NCBI GenBank assembly: GCA_049325335.1
Contig: JBMOMC010000043.1
Span: 309,852-373,851 of the forward strand
Direction: 5' to 3'
DNA from: Nitrospirota bacterium
Lineage (GTDB): Bacteria; Nitrospirota; Nitrospiria; 2-01-FULL-66-17
Length of the DNA stretch: 64,000 nucleotides
Numbering within the stretch: the stretch's first letter is position 1; each line of letters begins with the position of its first letter. This document shows, piece after piece, positions 1 to 12,300 of this stretch. The notes beneath the pieces are model-generated. The model did not search any database. It was not told the origin of the DNA and was given only the letters and a program-made list of their open reading frames with translations. Position numbers and translations under genes: made by a program.

Positions 1-1549
1 TGGTGTGAGCCGCCTGCGCAGCCACGGCCTGGTCCACTCGGATCAAGGCCGCGTCGATCTCATCGCGGTGCAGACCGTAGGTCCCGCCCACCAAGAGTCG
101 GTCGCCGCGGCGCTGGCGGACGCGCACCACCACGGCCTCGGCGTCCAAGATCATCGCGGTGGCCGCCGCGCCGGTGATCAGCACCTTATCGCGGTCGGTG
201 AGGGACAAAATTTGCAGGCCTTCGTCGTTGACCGCGGAGAGTTTGATCACCTTTTGGGACATTTGGTGCCGCTCAGCGTCGCTCGCGATCGATGCGCCGA
301 AAATTTCACCCGCTTCGGTCAACAGGTTGATGAAGCGACGTGTGACGTCCACGGCGGAGGACGTCTCCACCACCAACACGCCGACGGCGTCTTTGCCCGC
401 CGCGAGCGGCACCGCGACCAGGGCCCTGCCCCCTGGACTCGGGGGATCTCCGGCAAGCTCTTCGCGCAACACCGCCGGTCGGTTCAAGCGAGCCACCTCG
501 CCGACCAGCCCGGCGCCCCAGGGGATGCGAACGGCGCCGCCCTGATCGGTCCGCATCGTGGTGGAGGCTTGCAGCAGGATGTCTCCGGATTGGGGGGCGC
601 GTACATAGAGGTGGGCGCCCGAGGCCTGGAGGATCGCGCCCAAGGTCTCGACGGCGCGTTGAAGTCGATCGCGAATGGGGCCGTCGGCGGCGAGCAACAT
701 CTTGATGTCGCGTCGCGTGGCCTCGCCGTGGGCCAGGTGGCGGACTTCCCGGAGGGTGCGAAGTTTTTTCATCGCACGAACCGCATGGAGGCCGAATTCG
801 GCGAGCCAGGCCGCCGTTTCTTGGCCGAAACCGCCGCGCCCGTCGCCTCGCCACAGTTCGATCGCGCCCAAGACGTCCTCGTCGCTCGCGATCGGCGCGG
901 CCAATCCCGCTTCGGCGCCGGCCTCCTCCAGCAGCCAGGCCGAAGCGATGTCGCCGGCGTCGGCGCCGACGATGCGCCGCTCGCGCGCCGCTCGCGCCGC
1001 CAACGGGGACGGACCGGACGCGCCGTTCCGAGGGCCGAGGGGCGCCAGGCGTTGCGCCGCGTCATCCCACGCGTGGACGCGGACCGTGTCCGCTCCGGTC
1101 ACCAGGCGCGCGGTCTCCGCCATCACGTACGCGAGTTCCCCCGGGGTCGAAACGTCGATCTCGTCCGCGACGGCCTTAAAGCGTTGCAGGCTGTACGGCG
1201 CCCGGTCGGTCGGGGCCAATTCGGCGAGCGACCAGAGGTAACGGGCGGCGGGGGCGCCGATCACGTCCAATTCCGGGGCCACGTGGCTGACGGCTTTGCG
1301 GATGGATCGGAGCGATGCGGCATCGACCACCAGATCCAACGGCATGGCCGCGCGGACCGACTCAATGGCGTGGGCCACGGCCGGCCGCCGTCCGTCCGTA
1401 AACTCGTAGTCGAAGTCGGCTAAATGGAAAATCAGCGCGCCCGGATCGGGATCGAACACCAGGGCGATATGGGTCCGGTTCTGGCGGGCCGCGTGGGCCA
1501 AGGTTTCCAGACCGTGGTGCCCGCCGCCGATGATGGCGATGCGTTTCAC
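1..1549 (-). CDS. Multi-GAF-domain signalling protein with N-terminal Rossmann-like motif; runs off the left edge (partial)
   Basis: Manual minus-strand translation from GTG at 1549, which overlaps the TGA of the upstream gene: MKRIAIIGGGHHG...LAAPIASDEDVLGAIEL...IPWGAGLVGEVARLNRP...LVAVPLAAGKDAVGVLVVE. These are GAF-type strands; no stop seen before the window edge. Confidence 0.75.
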   Translation of the reverse strand, partial: MKRIAIIGGGHHGLETLAHAARQNRTHIALVFDPDPGALIFHLADFDYEFTDGRRPAVAHAIESVRAAMPLDLVVDAASLRSIRKAVSHVAPELDVIGAPAARYLWSLAELAPTDRAPYSLQRFKAVADEIDVSTPGELAYVMAETARLVTGADTVRVHAWDDAAQRLAPLGPRNGASGPSPLAARAARERRIVGADAGDIASAWLLEEAGAEAGLAAPIASDEDVLGAIELWRGDGRGGFGQETAAWLAEFGLHAVRAMKKLRTLREVRHLAHGEATRRDIKMLLAADGPIRDRLQRAVETLGAILQASGAHLYVRAPQSGDILLQASTTMRTDQGGAVRIPWGAGLVGEVARLNRPAVLREELAGDPPSPGGRALVAVPLAAGKDAVGVLVVETSSAVDVTRRFINLLTEAGEIFGASIASDAERHQMSQKVIKLSAVNDEGLQILSLTDRDKVLITGAAATAMILDAEAVVVRVRQRRGDRLLVGGTYGLHRDEIDAALIRVDQAVAAQAAHT

Positions 1550-2376
1550 CGGGTCGCGGCGGCGGTGCGACGAATCAAGCCGGTTGCGGCCAATCTGGCA
1601 AGAAAGTCCTCGTCGGATTCCTCGGACGGGAGCGGGCCGGGCCGGGATCGCTCGGCGTCGGCAACCACGCGCGAGCGGCGGACCGCTTCGGCGAGCAGAT
1701 CAGGTAACGGTTTGGTGACGGTGGAGCGCGGGGGGACGGGGGGCGAAGGTTCCAGGGCGGCCGCGACGTCGGTGACGGGCCGCGCGAAACCCGAATACAC
1801 CGCGTCGTGGCCGCGCACGCCGTTCGCGACCGCATCGGTTAAGGCGCCGCCGACCCACGTCAGCGCCGCCGACCAGCCCGGGGCGGTCAGGCGCAATAGG
1901 CCGGTGGCCGCTCGCCGCGCCAAGACCTGGTACACATCGACCAATGACGCCTCGGCGGTTGGCAGCGCGCCCGATAGCGGGTGGGCCATCAATCGGCCGC
2001 GCGCGGCCGCCCGGGCCGTCATCGCGGCGACCGCGGCGGCCAACGCGTCGGGAGTCAGCGGTTTGCGGACAATGTCGACCAGGCCCGCCTCCGGCGCGTA
2101 AAACTCCGAGGGCAACGCGTCGTGCGAGCCGAGAAACAGGACGGGCGTTGCGGCGAGCGACGGGATCTGGGCCGCCAACCGTTTGATTTCCCACCCATTG
2201 AGTTCGGGCATCATGATATCGCACACTAGGAGGTCGGGCGGGACCACGATGGCTTTGAGCACCGCGTCGTGCACGCGGGAGGCCGTGTGCACCTCGTACC
2301 CGAGGAACGTCAACCGCTCGGACGTCGCGGCCAACAGGCGCAGGTTGCTATCCAATAAAAGGATTTTTACGGCCAC
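1546..2376 (-). CDS. Response regulator receiver plus DUF4388/PatA-like domain
   Basis: KILLLD...PDLLVCDIMMPELNG...KP receiver, followed by SLVDVYQVLARRAATGLLRL, typical of DUF4388. Confidence 0.7.
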   Translation of the reverse strand: MAVKILLLDSNLRLLAATSERLTFLGYEVHTASRVHDAVLKAIVVPPDLLVCDIMMPELNGWEIKRLAAQIPSLAATPVLFLGSHDALPSEFYAPEAGLVDIVRKPLTPDALAAAVAAMTARAAARGRLMAHPLSGALPTAEASLVDVYQVLARRAATGLLRLTAPGWSAALTWVGGALTDAVANGVRGHDAVYSGFARPVTDVAAALEPSPPVPPRSTVTKPLPDLLAEAVRRSRVVADAERSRPGPLPSEESDEDFLARLAATGLIRRTAAATR

Positions 2377-2552
2377 CCATGCACCCTCCGGCGGGCGGGG
2401 TCACTCTACTGTGAGCCCGGAGAGAAGTCAAGAAATTTCAGGTGTTACGCCGCCGCCGGCGCGTTGCCGGGCCGGTTGCGCGCGACAAAGCGGGTGTGGT
2501 ACAACGACCGCACGAACGGAACGTATCCCCCGGCAGTAGTCTGAATAACGAC

Positions 2553-3756
<1,204 letters not shown>

Positions 3757-3764
<8 letters not shown>

Positions 3765-4659
3765 ACGCGACTTGCTGGCGCTCCGGAACCTGTCATCTCA
3801 GGAAATCCGGCGCCTGATCGACCGCGCCAAGGGGCGGACCCCGTCGCGCGTGCTGGCGGGCAAGAGCGTGGGCCTGTTCTTCGAGAAGGCCTCCACGCGC
3901 ACGCGCGTCTCGTTTGAAGTCGCGATTGCGCAACTCGGCGGCCACCCGGTGTTTCTGCCCGCGCAGGAAATCCAACTCGGCCGCGGTGAAACGGTCGCGG
4001 ACACCGCGCGCGTGCTCTCGCGGTACGTCGACGCGTTGGTGATCCGCACCTTCGGCCAGGACCGCCTGGAGGAATGGGCGCGCCACGCGACCATTCCGGT
4101 GATCAACGGGCTGACCGACGCGCACCACCCGTGTCAGATCCTCGCGGACTTGTTGACGATCGACCAGCACAAGGGCCGTCTGAACGGGATCGTGGCCGCG
4201 TATGTCGGGGACGGCAATAACGTGGCGCACTCGCTGCTCGAGGGCTGCGCCATGATGGGCATGACGTGCCGGGTCGCGGCGCCCTCGGGGTATCACCCGG
4301 ACGCCGAGATCGTGAAGTGGGCCGAGTTGGAGGCGCACAAATCCGGCGGCGCGGTGTGGATCGGCGAGGACCCGCGCGAGGCGGCGCGGGGCGCGGACGT
4401 GCTGTATACCGACGTGTGGACCAGCATGGGGCAGGAGGCCGAAACCGCCGCGCGCGTTGCCGTGTTCCGGCCGTACCAGATCAACTCGGATTTGCTGCGC
4501 CTAGCCAAGCCGGACGCGATCGTCATGCACTGCCTTCCCGCGCACCGTGGCGAGGAGATTACGGACGAGGTGATGGAAGGCCCGCGATCGGTCATCTTCG
4601 ATCAAGCGGAGAATCGGTTGCACATTCAGAAGGCGATTCTGGAAATGCTGGTAGGGTAA
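3757..4659 (+). CDS. argF: Ornithine carbamoyltransferase
   Basis: STRTRVSF, HPCQ, SMG and HCLP motifs. Confidence 0.97.
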
Positions 4660-4749
4660 CTTCGAAGACGAGGGGGGTGAGGGGGAGATGGGGAGACGGG
4701 GCGAGGAGAGTAAAAGGACGATGGGGGGAGTGGGCGAGGGGGTGACGGG

Positions 4750-6005
<1,256 letters not shown>

Positions 6006-6009
<4 letters not shown>

Positions 6010-7406
6010 GCGTGGGTCGAGAGCCATCGGATAAGCCCTGGGGTGGTCGCTTTAGCGAGCCCACCAAGCCCACTGTTGAGACCTTCACCGCGTCGATTCC
6101 GTTCGACTGGCGACTGTATCGGCACGACATCGCGGGGAGCGTTGCGCACTGCAAGGCGTTGGCCGAAGCCAAGTTGATCACCCGTGCGGAGCGGGATCAG
6201 ATCCTAACCGGCCTCAAGGCGATCGAGGCGGATATTGCGGCGGGCAAGTTTGCGTTCTCGATTCAGCACGAAGACATCCATATGAACGTGGAGCGGGCGC
6301 TGACCGAGCGCGTGGGGCCGGTGGGCGGCAAGTTGCACACCGGGCGGTCGCGCAACGATCAGGTCGCGCTGGATATGCGGTTGTACGTCCGCGAGGAGTT
6401 GGACGCGATCATTGATCTGGTGCGCGGGGTGCAGAAGGCGTTGGCGGACGCGGCGTCGCGGCATATTGACGTGATGCTGCCGGGGTACACGCATTTGCAG
6501 CGGGCCCAGCCAGTGCTGCTGGCGCACCATTTGCTCGCGTATTACGAGATGTTGCTGCGCGACGCGGAGCGGTTGCGGGATGCGCGGAACCGTGTGAACC
6601 GGATGCCGTTGGGTTCGGGCGCACTGGCCGGGACCAATTACCCGATCAACCGCGAGTTGGTGGCTGAGTATCTGGATTTCCCCATCGCCACGCGGAACAG
6701 CCTGGATTCGGTGAGTGATCGGGACTTTGTGATCGAATCGTTGGCCGCGTTCGCGCTGATCATGGCGCATCTCTCCCGCTTTGCCGAAGAACTCGTCATT
6801 TGGTCCACGAGCGAGTTCGGGTTCATCGAACTGCCGGACGGGTTTTGCACGGGCAGCAGTATGATGCCGCAGAAGAAGAACCCGGACGTGCCGGAGTTGA
6901 TCCGCGGCAAGACCGGCCGGGTGTATGGTTCGCTGATGGCATTGCTGACCACTGTCAAAGCGTTGCCGCTCGCGTACAACAAGGACATGCAGGAAGACAA
7001 GGAGCCCTTGTTCGACGCGGTGGATACGGTCAAGGCGTGTTTGGCGATCACGGCGGAGATGATCCCCGGCATTCGATTCAAGACCGATACCATGGCCGCG
7101 GCGGCATCCGACAGTTTCCTGCTCGCGACCGAACTGGCCGATGCCTTGGCGCTCAAGGGCTTGCCGTTTCGCGACGCGCACGAGGTGGTGGGCAAGCTGG
7201 TGCGGCATTGCGTGGAGACCAAACAATCGCTGACCGCGCTCTCGCTCGACGAGTTCCGCCGGTTCTCGCCGTTGATCGATGCGGCGATGGTCGCGGGCCT
7301 CACGCCTCAAGCCGCGATTGCGCGAAAAGCTCAGATCGGCGGGACGGCCGCCGAGTCCGTAAAACAGCGGTTAAAGGAACTTGAAAAGGGATCGAAACGA
7401 GGATGA
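6006..7406 (+). CDS. argH: Argininosuccinate lyase
   Basis: [27 protein letters not shown]. Confidence 0.97.
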
Positions 7407-7426
7407 TTCGGCCGGGCCTCGTTGTG

Positions 7427-7454
7427 GTAGGGGCGCACGGCCGTGCGCCCCTAC
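7427..7454. repeat. GTAG-family REP-like perfect palindrome
   Basis: GTAGGGGCGCACGG|CCGTGCGCCCCTAC. Confidence 0.8.
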
Positions 7455-7463
7455 GGTGACCGG

Positions 7464-7598
7464 ATGATGCGGGCCGTTACGCTTGCATTGTTAATCGGGA
7501 TTTTGCTAGCATCGTCCGTCAGTTGCGGCCGAAAGGGCGCTCCAATTGCGCCGGAAGACGTGCCTAAGCCGGCGAAGCACTCCTCGCAGTCTGAGTAG
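7464..7598 (+). CDS. Small lipoprotein, LptM/YifL (LPAM_2)-like, 44 aa; absent from the ORF track
   Basis: MMRAVTLALLIGILLASSVS-CGRKGAPIAPED...: signal peptide plus CGxKGxP motif; arg/lysA/dapF neighbourhood is typical for the family. Confidence 0.75.
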   Translation: MMRAVTLALLIGILLASSVSCGRKGAPIAPEDVPKPAKHSSQSE

Positions 7599-7678
7599 AC
7601 GGTTGGCCCGCAGCGACTCGCGTCGTCGTGAGCGGCGATGCGTCCACGTGTCGTCCAGGGACGGACGAAGGAGGGGGT

Positions 7679-9625
7679 ATGGCGTCATCGACGCTCGTTG
7701 AAGCAACGGAGAAACGTTCGCCGGTCAGCGTGCAATCGCGCAAGCGGCGGCTGCTCCTAATCGAGCCGTATCCGGAAGACGGCCCCTATCGCTTCACCCA
7801 AGGCGAGCGTCGTGCCCTGTGGTTCCCCAAACTCTCGTTGCCCGTGATCGCGGCCTACACGCCCGAGCACTGGGACGTGACATTTATCGACGAAGCCGTG
7901 GATCGCGTGGATTTTACGCTCGACGTGGATCTGGTCGGCGTTTCCGCGCAAATGACCTGCTACGCGCCGCGGGCGTACCAGCTCGCCGAGCGCTTCCGCG
8001 CCCGCGGTATTAAAACCGTGATCGGCGGCACGCACGTGAGCTACTGCCCGGACGAGGCGCTTCAGCACGCGGATACGATTCTTATCGGCGAGTCCGAGGC
8101 CATCTGGCCGCAGGTCATCAAGGACTTTGAAGCCGGCCTCATGCAGCGCACCTACCGCATGGCCGAATTCCCCAGCATGGACGACTATCGCCAGCCGCGC
8201 GTGGATTTGTTGAAACACGAAGAATATATGACGACGTCCTGCATCCAAACCACGCGGGGGTGTCACTTTGATTGCGAGTTTTGCAGCGTGTCGCCGTACA
8301 ACGGGAAGACCTCGCGGCGACGTCCGGTGTCGCACGTGGTGGCGGAGATCCAGCGGATCAAGGACCGTCGCCGCAGTTTGATCGTGGACAAGATGACGTC
8401 GGGGCCGTACGGCCAACGGTTTGCGGCGTCGTTCAACCTGCTGTCCGGGATCGAGGACGGCACCATCTTCGCGTTCGTGGACGACCTGCACAACTCCAGC
8501 CGAGCCTATTGCAAGGAATTGTGGACCGCGTTGATCCCGCTCAAGATCAAGTGGGGCGCGCAGTGCACGTTGTTTTTGGGCGACGAACCCGAGATGGTCA
8601 AACTCGCGGCCCAGAGCGGCTGCGTGTCCATGTTCGTGGGGCTGGAGTCGATCATCGAAGAGAGTATCGACGAGACCAACAAGCCGTTCAACCGCGTCGC
8701 GCAGTACGAGCGGGAGATCAAGTGTTTTCACGACCATGGGATCATGCTCAACCCGGGCATCATTTTCGGGTTCGACAACGACGACGAGTCGGTGTTTCCG
8801 CGGACCGTGGAGTTTTTGAACCGCAACCGCATGGAGTTGGCCTATTTCAACATCCTCACGCCGTTGCCGGGCACGGCATTGTTCGAACGTATGAAGGGCG
8901 AGGGGCGGATTTTCGACTTTGACTGGTCCCGCTACGACGGGAAGAACGTGGTGTTCTGGCCCAAGCGCATGAGCCCGAAGACGTTGCAAGACGGGTTCTT
9001 TTGGGCCAACCACGAATTCTTCTCGTGGCCGTCGATCGCGCGGAGGATTCTGCCGACGAGCCAGCGCCTGGTGGCTCGGGCCGCGATGAACGTGGCGTTC
9101 CGGCATCTGGTGCGCCGCACCGCGCCCAAAGGTGGTCTCTCGCCGCTTTCGAACGTGATTCAGAGTCTGCGGGTCAAGCTCCCGTCACTAGCCACGGAGA
9201 ATTTGATCCCCAACGCGTTGCACGCGCTCAAAGAGAAGGCGACCGGCGCGGCGCAACAGATTGACCGGTTCCTGCAAGTGCAGGTCAAACGCAGCGACGT
9301 GGCGCAGGCGGCCGACGCGGCGGCGCCGTCGCGGCCCGCGTTGCACCTCGATCTGGTGGGGACGTTGGACGAATTGGGGGCCAAGGAACTGCGCAAGCGC
9401 TTGCTCGATGCGGTGCGCGAGGCCAAATTGGAAATCGTGGTGAACTTCGAACACGTACAGCACGCCACGCCGCAGGCAGTGCAAGCGCTCATCGACGGCG
9501 AGTACCTCAAAACACTGAAGGCGCACGCTTCGGTGAAATTTATCAACCTGAAGACCGCGTTTCAGGCCGCGTTGGAGCGCATGACGCCGCAGCGCGTGAC
9601 GTGGGGCGACGAAACCATAGGATAA
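7679..9625 (+). CDS. B12-binding radical SAM protein with C-terminal STAS-like extension
   Basis: N-terminal cobalamin-binding-like domain (VIGGTH); RGCHFDCEFC CxxxCxxC motif; tail LDLVGTLDELGAKELRKRL...IVVNFEHVQH resembles STAS. Confidence 0.85.
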   Translation: MASSTLVEATEKRSPVSVQSRKRRLLLIEPYPEDGPYRFTQGERRALWFPKLSLPVIAAYTPEHWDVTFIDEAVDRVDFTLDVDLVGVSAQMTCYAPRAYQLAERFRARGIKTVIGGTHVSYCPDEALQHADTILIGESEAIWPQVIKDFEAGLMQRTYRMAEFPSMDDYRQPRVDLLKHEEYMTTSCIQTTRGCHFDCEFCSVSPYNGKTSRRRPVSHVVAEIQRIKDRRRSLIVDKMTSGPYGQRFAASFNLLSGIEDGTIFAFVDDLHNSSRAYCKELWTALIPLKIKWGAQCTLFLGDEPEMVKLAAQSGCVSMFVGLESIIEESIDETNKPFNRVAQYEREIKCFHDHGIMLNPGIIFGFDNDDESVFPRTVEFLNRNRMELAYFNILTPLPGTALFERMKGEGRIFDFDWSRYDGKNVVFWPKRMSPKTLQDGFFWANHEFFSWPSIARRILPTSQRLVARAAMNVAFRHLVRRTAPKGGLSPLSNVIQSLRVKLPSLATENLIPNALHALKEKATGAAQQIDRFLQVQVKRSDVAQAADAAAPSRPALHLDLVGTLDELGAKELRKRLLDAVREAKLEIVVNFEHVQHATPQAVQALIDGEYLKTLKAHASVKFINLKTAFQAALERMTPQRVTWGDETIG

Positions 9626-9627
9626 GC

Positions 9628-9747
9628 GCCCGTCCATGAGCGGTCATCTGCTGCGTTGTCGTTTCGAAATCCCTCCTCACGTACGCCCCAGTACGCTCCG
9701 GGGGGATTTCTCGCTCCGCCTTGCATCTGACGCGCTCCTGAACGGGC
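9628..9747 (+). repeat. ~120-nt structured dispersed repeat, copy 1
   Basis: Core CTGCTGCGTTG...CTCACGTACG-n-AGTACGCTCCG...CTCGCTCCGCCTTGCAT with flanking inverted repeats. Confidence 0.9.
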
Positions 9748-9780
9748 TTGAATGGGTTATGCCGCAATGGGGATTTCCGT

Positions 9781-11046
9781 ATGCATGATTTTCGTGATAT
9801 CGGCGGGCAATTATACTGCGAGCAGGTTCCGGTGGCCAAGATTGCCAAGGCGGTCGGCACGCCGTGTTATATCTACAGCCACCGGACGTTGACCAGGCAC
9901 TTTCAGGCCGTGGACGGCGCGTTTGCGTCGATTCCGCACGTTACCGCGTTCGCGATGAAAGCCAACTCCAACCTGGCGATCCTGCGGCTGTTCGCGTCGC
10001 TGGGCGGCGGTGCCGATATCGTCTCGGGCGGGGAACTGTATCGCGCGCTCAAGGCGGGCGTGCCGCGCGACAAGATCGTGTTCGCGGGCGTAGGCAAGAC
10101 CCGCGAAGAGATCGCGGAAGCGCTCAAGGCCAAGATCCTGTCGTTCAACGTGGAGTCGGCGCAGGAACTGGCCGCGATCGATGAGGTGGCGCGCAAGCTC
10201 AAGACGCGCGCGCGCATCTCGCTGCGCGTGAACCCGCACATCGACCCCAAGACCCACCCGTACATTTCGACCGGGCTCAAGAAGTCCAAGTTCGGGATCA
10301 ACATCGACCAGGCGCTCGCTCACTATAAAGACGCGAGCGGGCGCAAGGGCATCGAGATCGTGGGCGTGCACCATCACATCGGCTCGCAGCTCACGCAGGT
10401 TCAGCCGTTCGTGGAGGCGCTCGCGCGGGTGTTGGAATTGGTCGACGCGCTCAAGGCGCAGGGCGTGGTCATTCGCAGCTTGGACATGGGCGGCGGGTTG
10501 GGCATCCCGTACAAGGACGAAACGCCGCCGTCGCCCCAGGATTTGGCGAACGCGGTGCTGCCGTTGCTGCGCGGGCGCGACCTCACGTTGATCATCGAGC
10601 CGGGGCGCGTGTTGGTGGGCAACGCCGGCATCTTGGTGACCAAAGTGCTCTACACCAAAGAAGGCGCGGAAAAGAATTTCGTGGTGGTGGACGCGGGCAT
10701 GAACGACCTGCTGCGGCCCAGCCTGTACGAGGCGTACCACGAGATCAAACCGGTGCGTCGCGCCCAGCGCTCGCCGCGCGTGGTGGACGTGGTCGGGCCG
10801 ATCTGCGAGTCCGGGGATTTTCTCGCGCAAGACCGCGAACTGCCGTCGGTGGAGCCGGGCGAGTTGCTGGCCGTGATGAGCGCGGGCGCGTACGGGTTCT
10901 CCATGGCCTCCCGCTACAACTCGCGGCCGATGATTCCCGAAATCATGGTGAAGGGCAACCGCTTCGTGGTGATCCGCGAACGCGAGACCTATCACGATCT
11001 GGTGCGGGGCGAAACGATTCCCGCGTTTTTGAAAGGCGGCCGCTGA
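9781..11046 (+). CDS. lysA: Diaminopimelate decarboxylase
   Basis: AMKANSN, HIGSQ, EPGR, GPICESGD, GAYG. Confidence 0.97.
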   Translation: MHDFRDIGGQLYCEQVPVAKIAKAVGTPCYIYSHRTLTRHFQAVDGAFASIPHVTAFAMKANSNLAILRLFASLGGGADIVSGGELYRALKAGVPRDKIVFAGVGKTREEIAEALKAKILSFNVESAQELAAIDEVARKLKTRARISLRVNPHIDPKTHPYISTGLKKSKFGINIDQALAHYKDASGRKGIEIVGVHHHIGSQLTQVQPFVEALARVLELVDALKAQGVVIRSLDMGGGLGIPYKDETPPSPQDLANAVLPLLRGRDLTLIIEPGRVLVGNAGILVTKVLYTKEGAEKNFVVVDAGMNDLLRPSLYEAYHEIKPVRRAQRSPRVVDVVGPICESGDFLAQDRELPSVEPGELLAVMSAGAYGFSMASRYNSRPMIPEIMVKGNRFVVIRERETYHDLVRGETIPAFLKGGR

Positions 11047-11462
11047 TGACCCTGGCAGCCGAGACCACGGCGCCGGCCAAGCCGGGCGACCGCAAGGGAC
11101 GCGGGTTCTTCCTGACCCTGATCATCGTGTCGGGCATCGTGATCTTGGGCCTCGCGATCTTGTTCTTCAAAGGGAAGGACTTTTTTATTTTCACCTGGCA
11201 GAAGTTCGTGATCGAGAAAGCGCTGGTGCGCGCGCTGCCGCCCGAGTACACGGTCGAGCAAGTCGAGGGCATTCGCCGCGCGCTCATCGATTTTTACGCC
11301 GCGGGCGGACGCCACGAGATCTCGGACGAAGCCTTGTACGGTATGAGTCAAGGCATCAAAACCATTTTGGCCGACCAGGTGGTCACGAAACAAGAAGCCG
11401 AGGCGCTGATGGCATTCATCAAAGAACATGGACCCAAGGCGGAGGGCGCCGCGGCGCCCTAA
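11046..11462 (+). CDS. Hypothetical membrane-anchored protein
   Basis: One N-terminal TM helix; start overlaps the lysA stop. Confidence 0.75.
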   Translation: MTLAAETTAPAKPGDRKGRGFFLTLIIVSGIVILGLAILFFKGKDFFIFTWQKFVIEKALVRALPPEYTVEQVEGIRRALIDFYAAGGRHEISDEALYGMSQGIKTILADQVVTKQEAEALMAFIKEHGPKAEGAAAP

Positions 11463-11466
11463 GTTC

Positions 11467-12300
11467 ATGGCTCGGACGACCAAGATTCCGTTCGCCAAGA
11501 TGTCGGGAAGCGGCAACGACTTTGTCCTGATCGACAACCGGAAGGAGATTGTCCCGCGTCGTTCCATGCGGGCATTCGTGAAGGCCGTGTGCCGACGAGG
11601 GTTGTCGGTGGGCGCGGACGGGGTGATCTTCATCCAGCCGTCGCGGCGCGCGGATTTCCGCTGGCACTACTTCAACTCCGACGGCGGCGAAGCCGAGATG
11701 TGTGGAAACGGCAGCCGGTGCGCCGCGCGGTTCGCCGCGCTCAAAAAGATCGCGCCCAAGCAGATGACCTTTGAAACCGTGGCGGGCATCATTCACGCCG
11801 ACGTGGGCGCCAAGAGTGTGACCGTGACGTTGCCTTTGCCGCACGATCTGCGGTTGAACGTGACGGCTGAGGTCAACGGCAAATCGTACGACGCGCACTT
11901 TCTCAATACCGGCGTGCCGCACACCGTGCTCTTTCTGGACGATGTCGAAGCCGTGGACGTGCAGGGGTTGGGGCGCGCGATCCGGTTCCATCCGTTGTTC
12001 GCGCCTGCGGGCACGAATGCGAACTTCGTGCGGATCGACGGCCCGCACCGCTTGACCATTCGGACCTACGAGCGCGGCGTGGAGGCGGAAACCTTGGCCT
12101 GCGGAACCGGCTCTGTGGCCGCGGCCGTGCTGGCCGGTCTGCTCGGCAAAGTCAGCTCGCCGGTCACGTTGACCACGCGCGGAGGACCACCGCTGATCGT
12201 CGGGTTCGAGTTGGAGGGGCACGCGATTCGGCGCGTGGAGTTGACGGGCGAGGCGCGGTTGGTGTACGAAGGCACGTTGACACCGGAGGCGTTACTCTGA
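11467..12300 (+). CDS. dapF: Diaminopimelate epimerase
   Basis: FAKMSGSGNDF, EMCGNGSRC, ERGVEAETLACGTG. Confidence 0.96.
   Translation: MARTTKIPFAKMSGSGNDFVLIDNRKEIVPRRSMRAFVKAVCRRGLSVGADGVIFIQPSRRADFRWHYFNSDGGEAEMCGNGSRCAARFAALKKIAPKQMTFETVAGIIHADVGAKSVTVTLPLPHDLRLNVTAEVNGKSYDAHFLNTGVPHTVLFLDDVEAVDVQGLGRAIRFHPLFAPAGTNANFVRIDGPHRLTIRTYERGVEAETLACGTGSVAAAVLAGLLGKVSSPVTLTTRGGPPLIVGFELEGHAIRRVELTGEARLVYEGTLTPEALL

Noticed and set aside
5..1423. 472-aa plus-strand ORF
   Set aside because: Antisense shadow of the minus-strand GAF gene; no recognisable motifs
7403..7459. 18-codon ORF overlapping the argH stop
   Set aside because: Mostly made of the REP palindrome; no other support for coding
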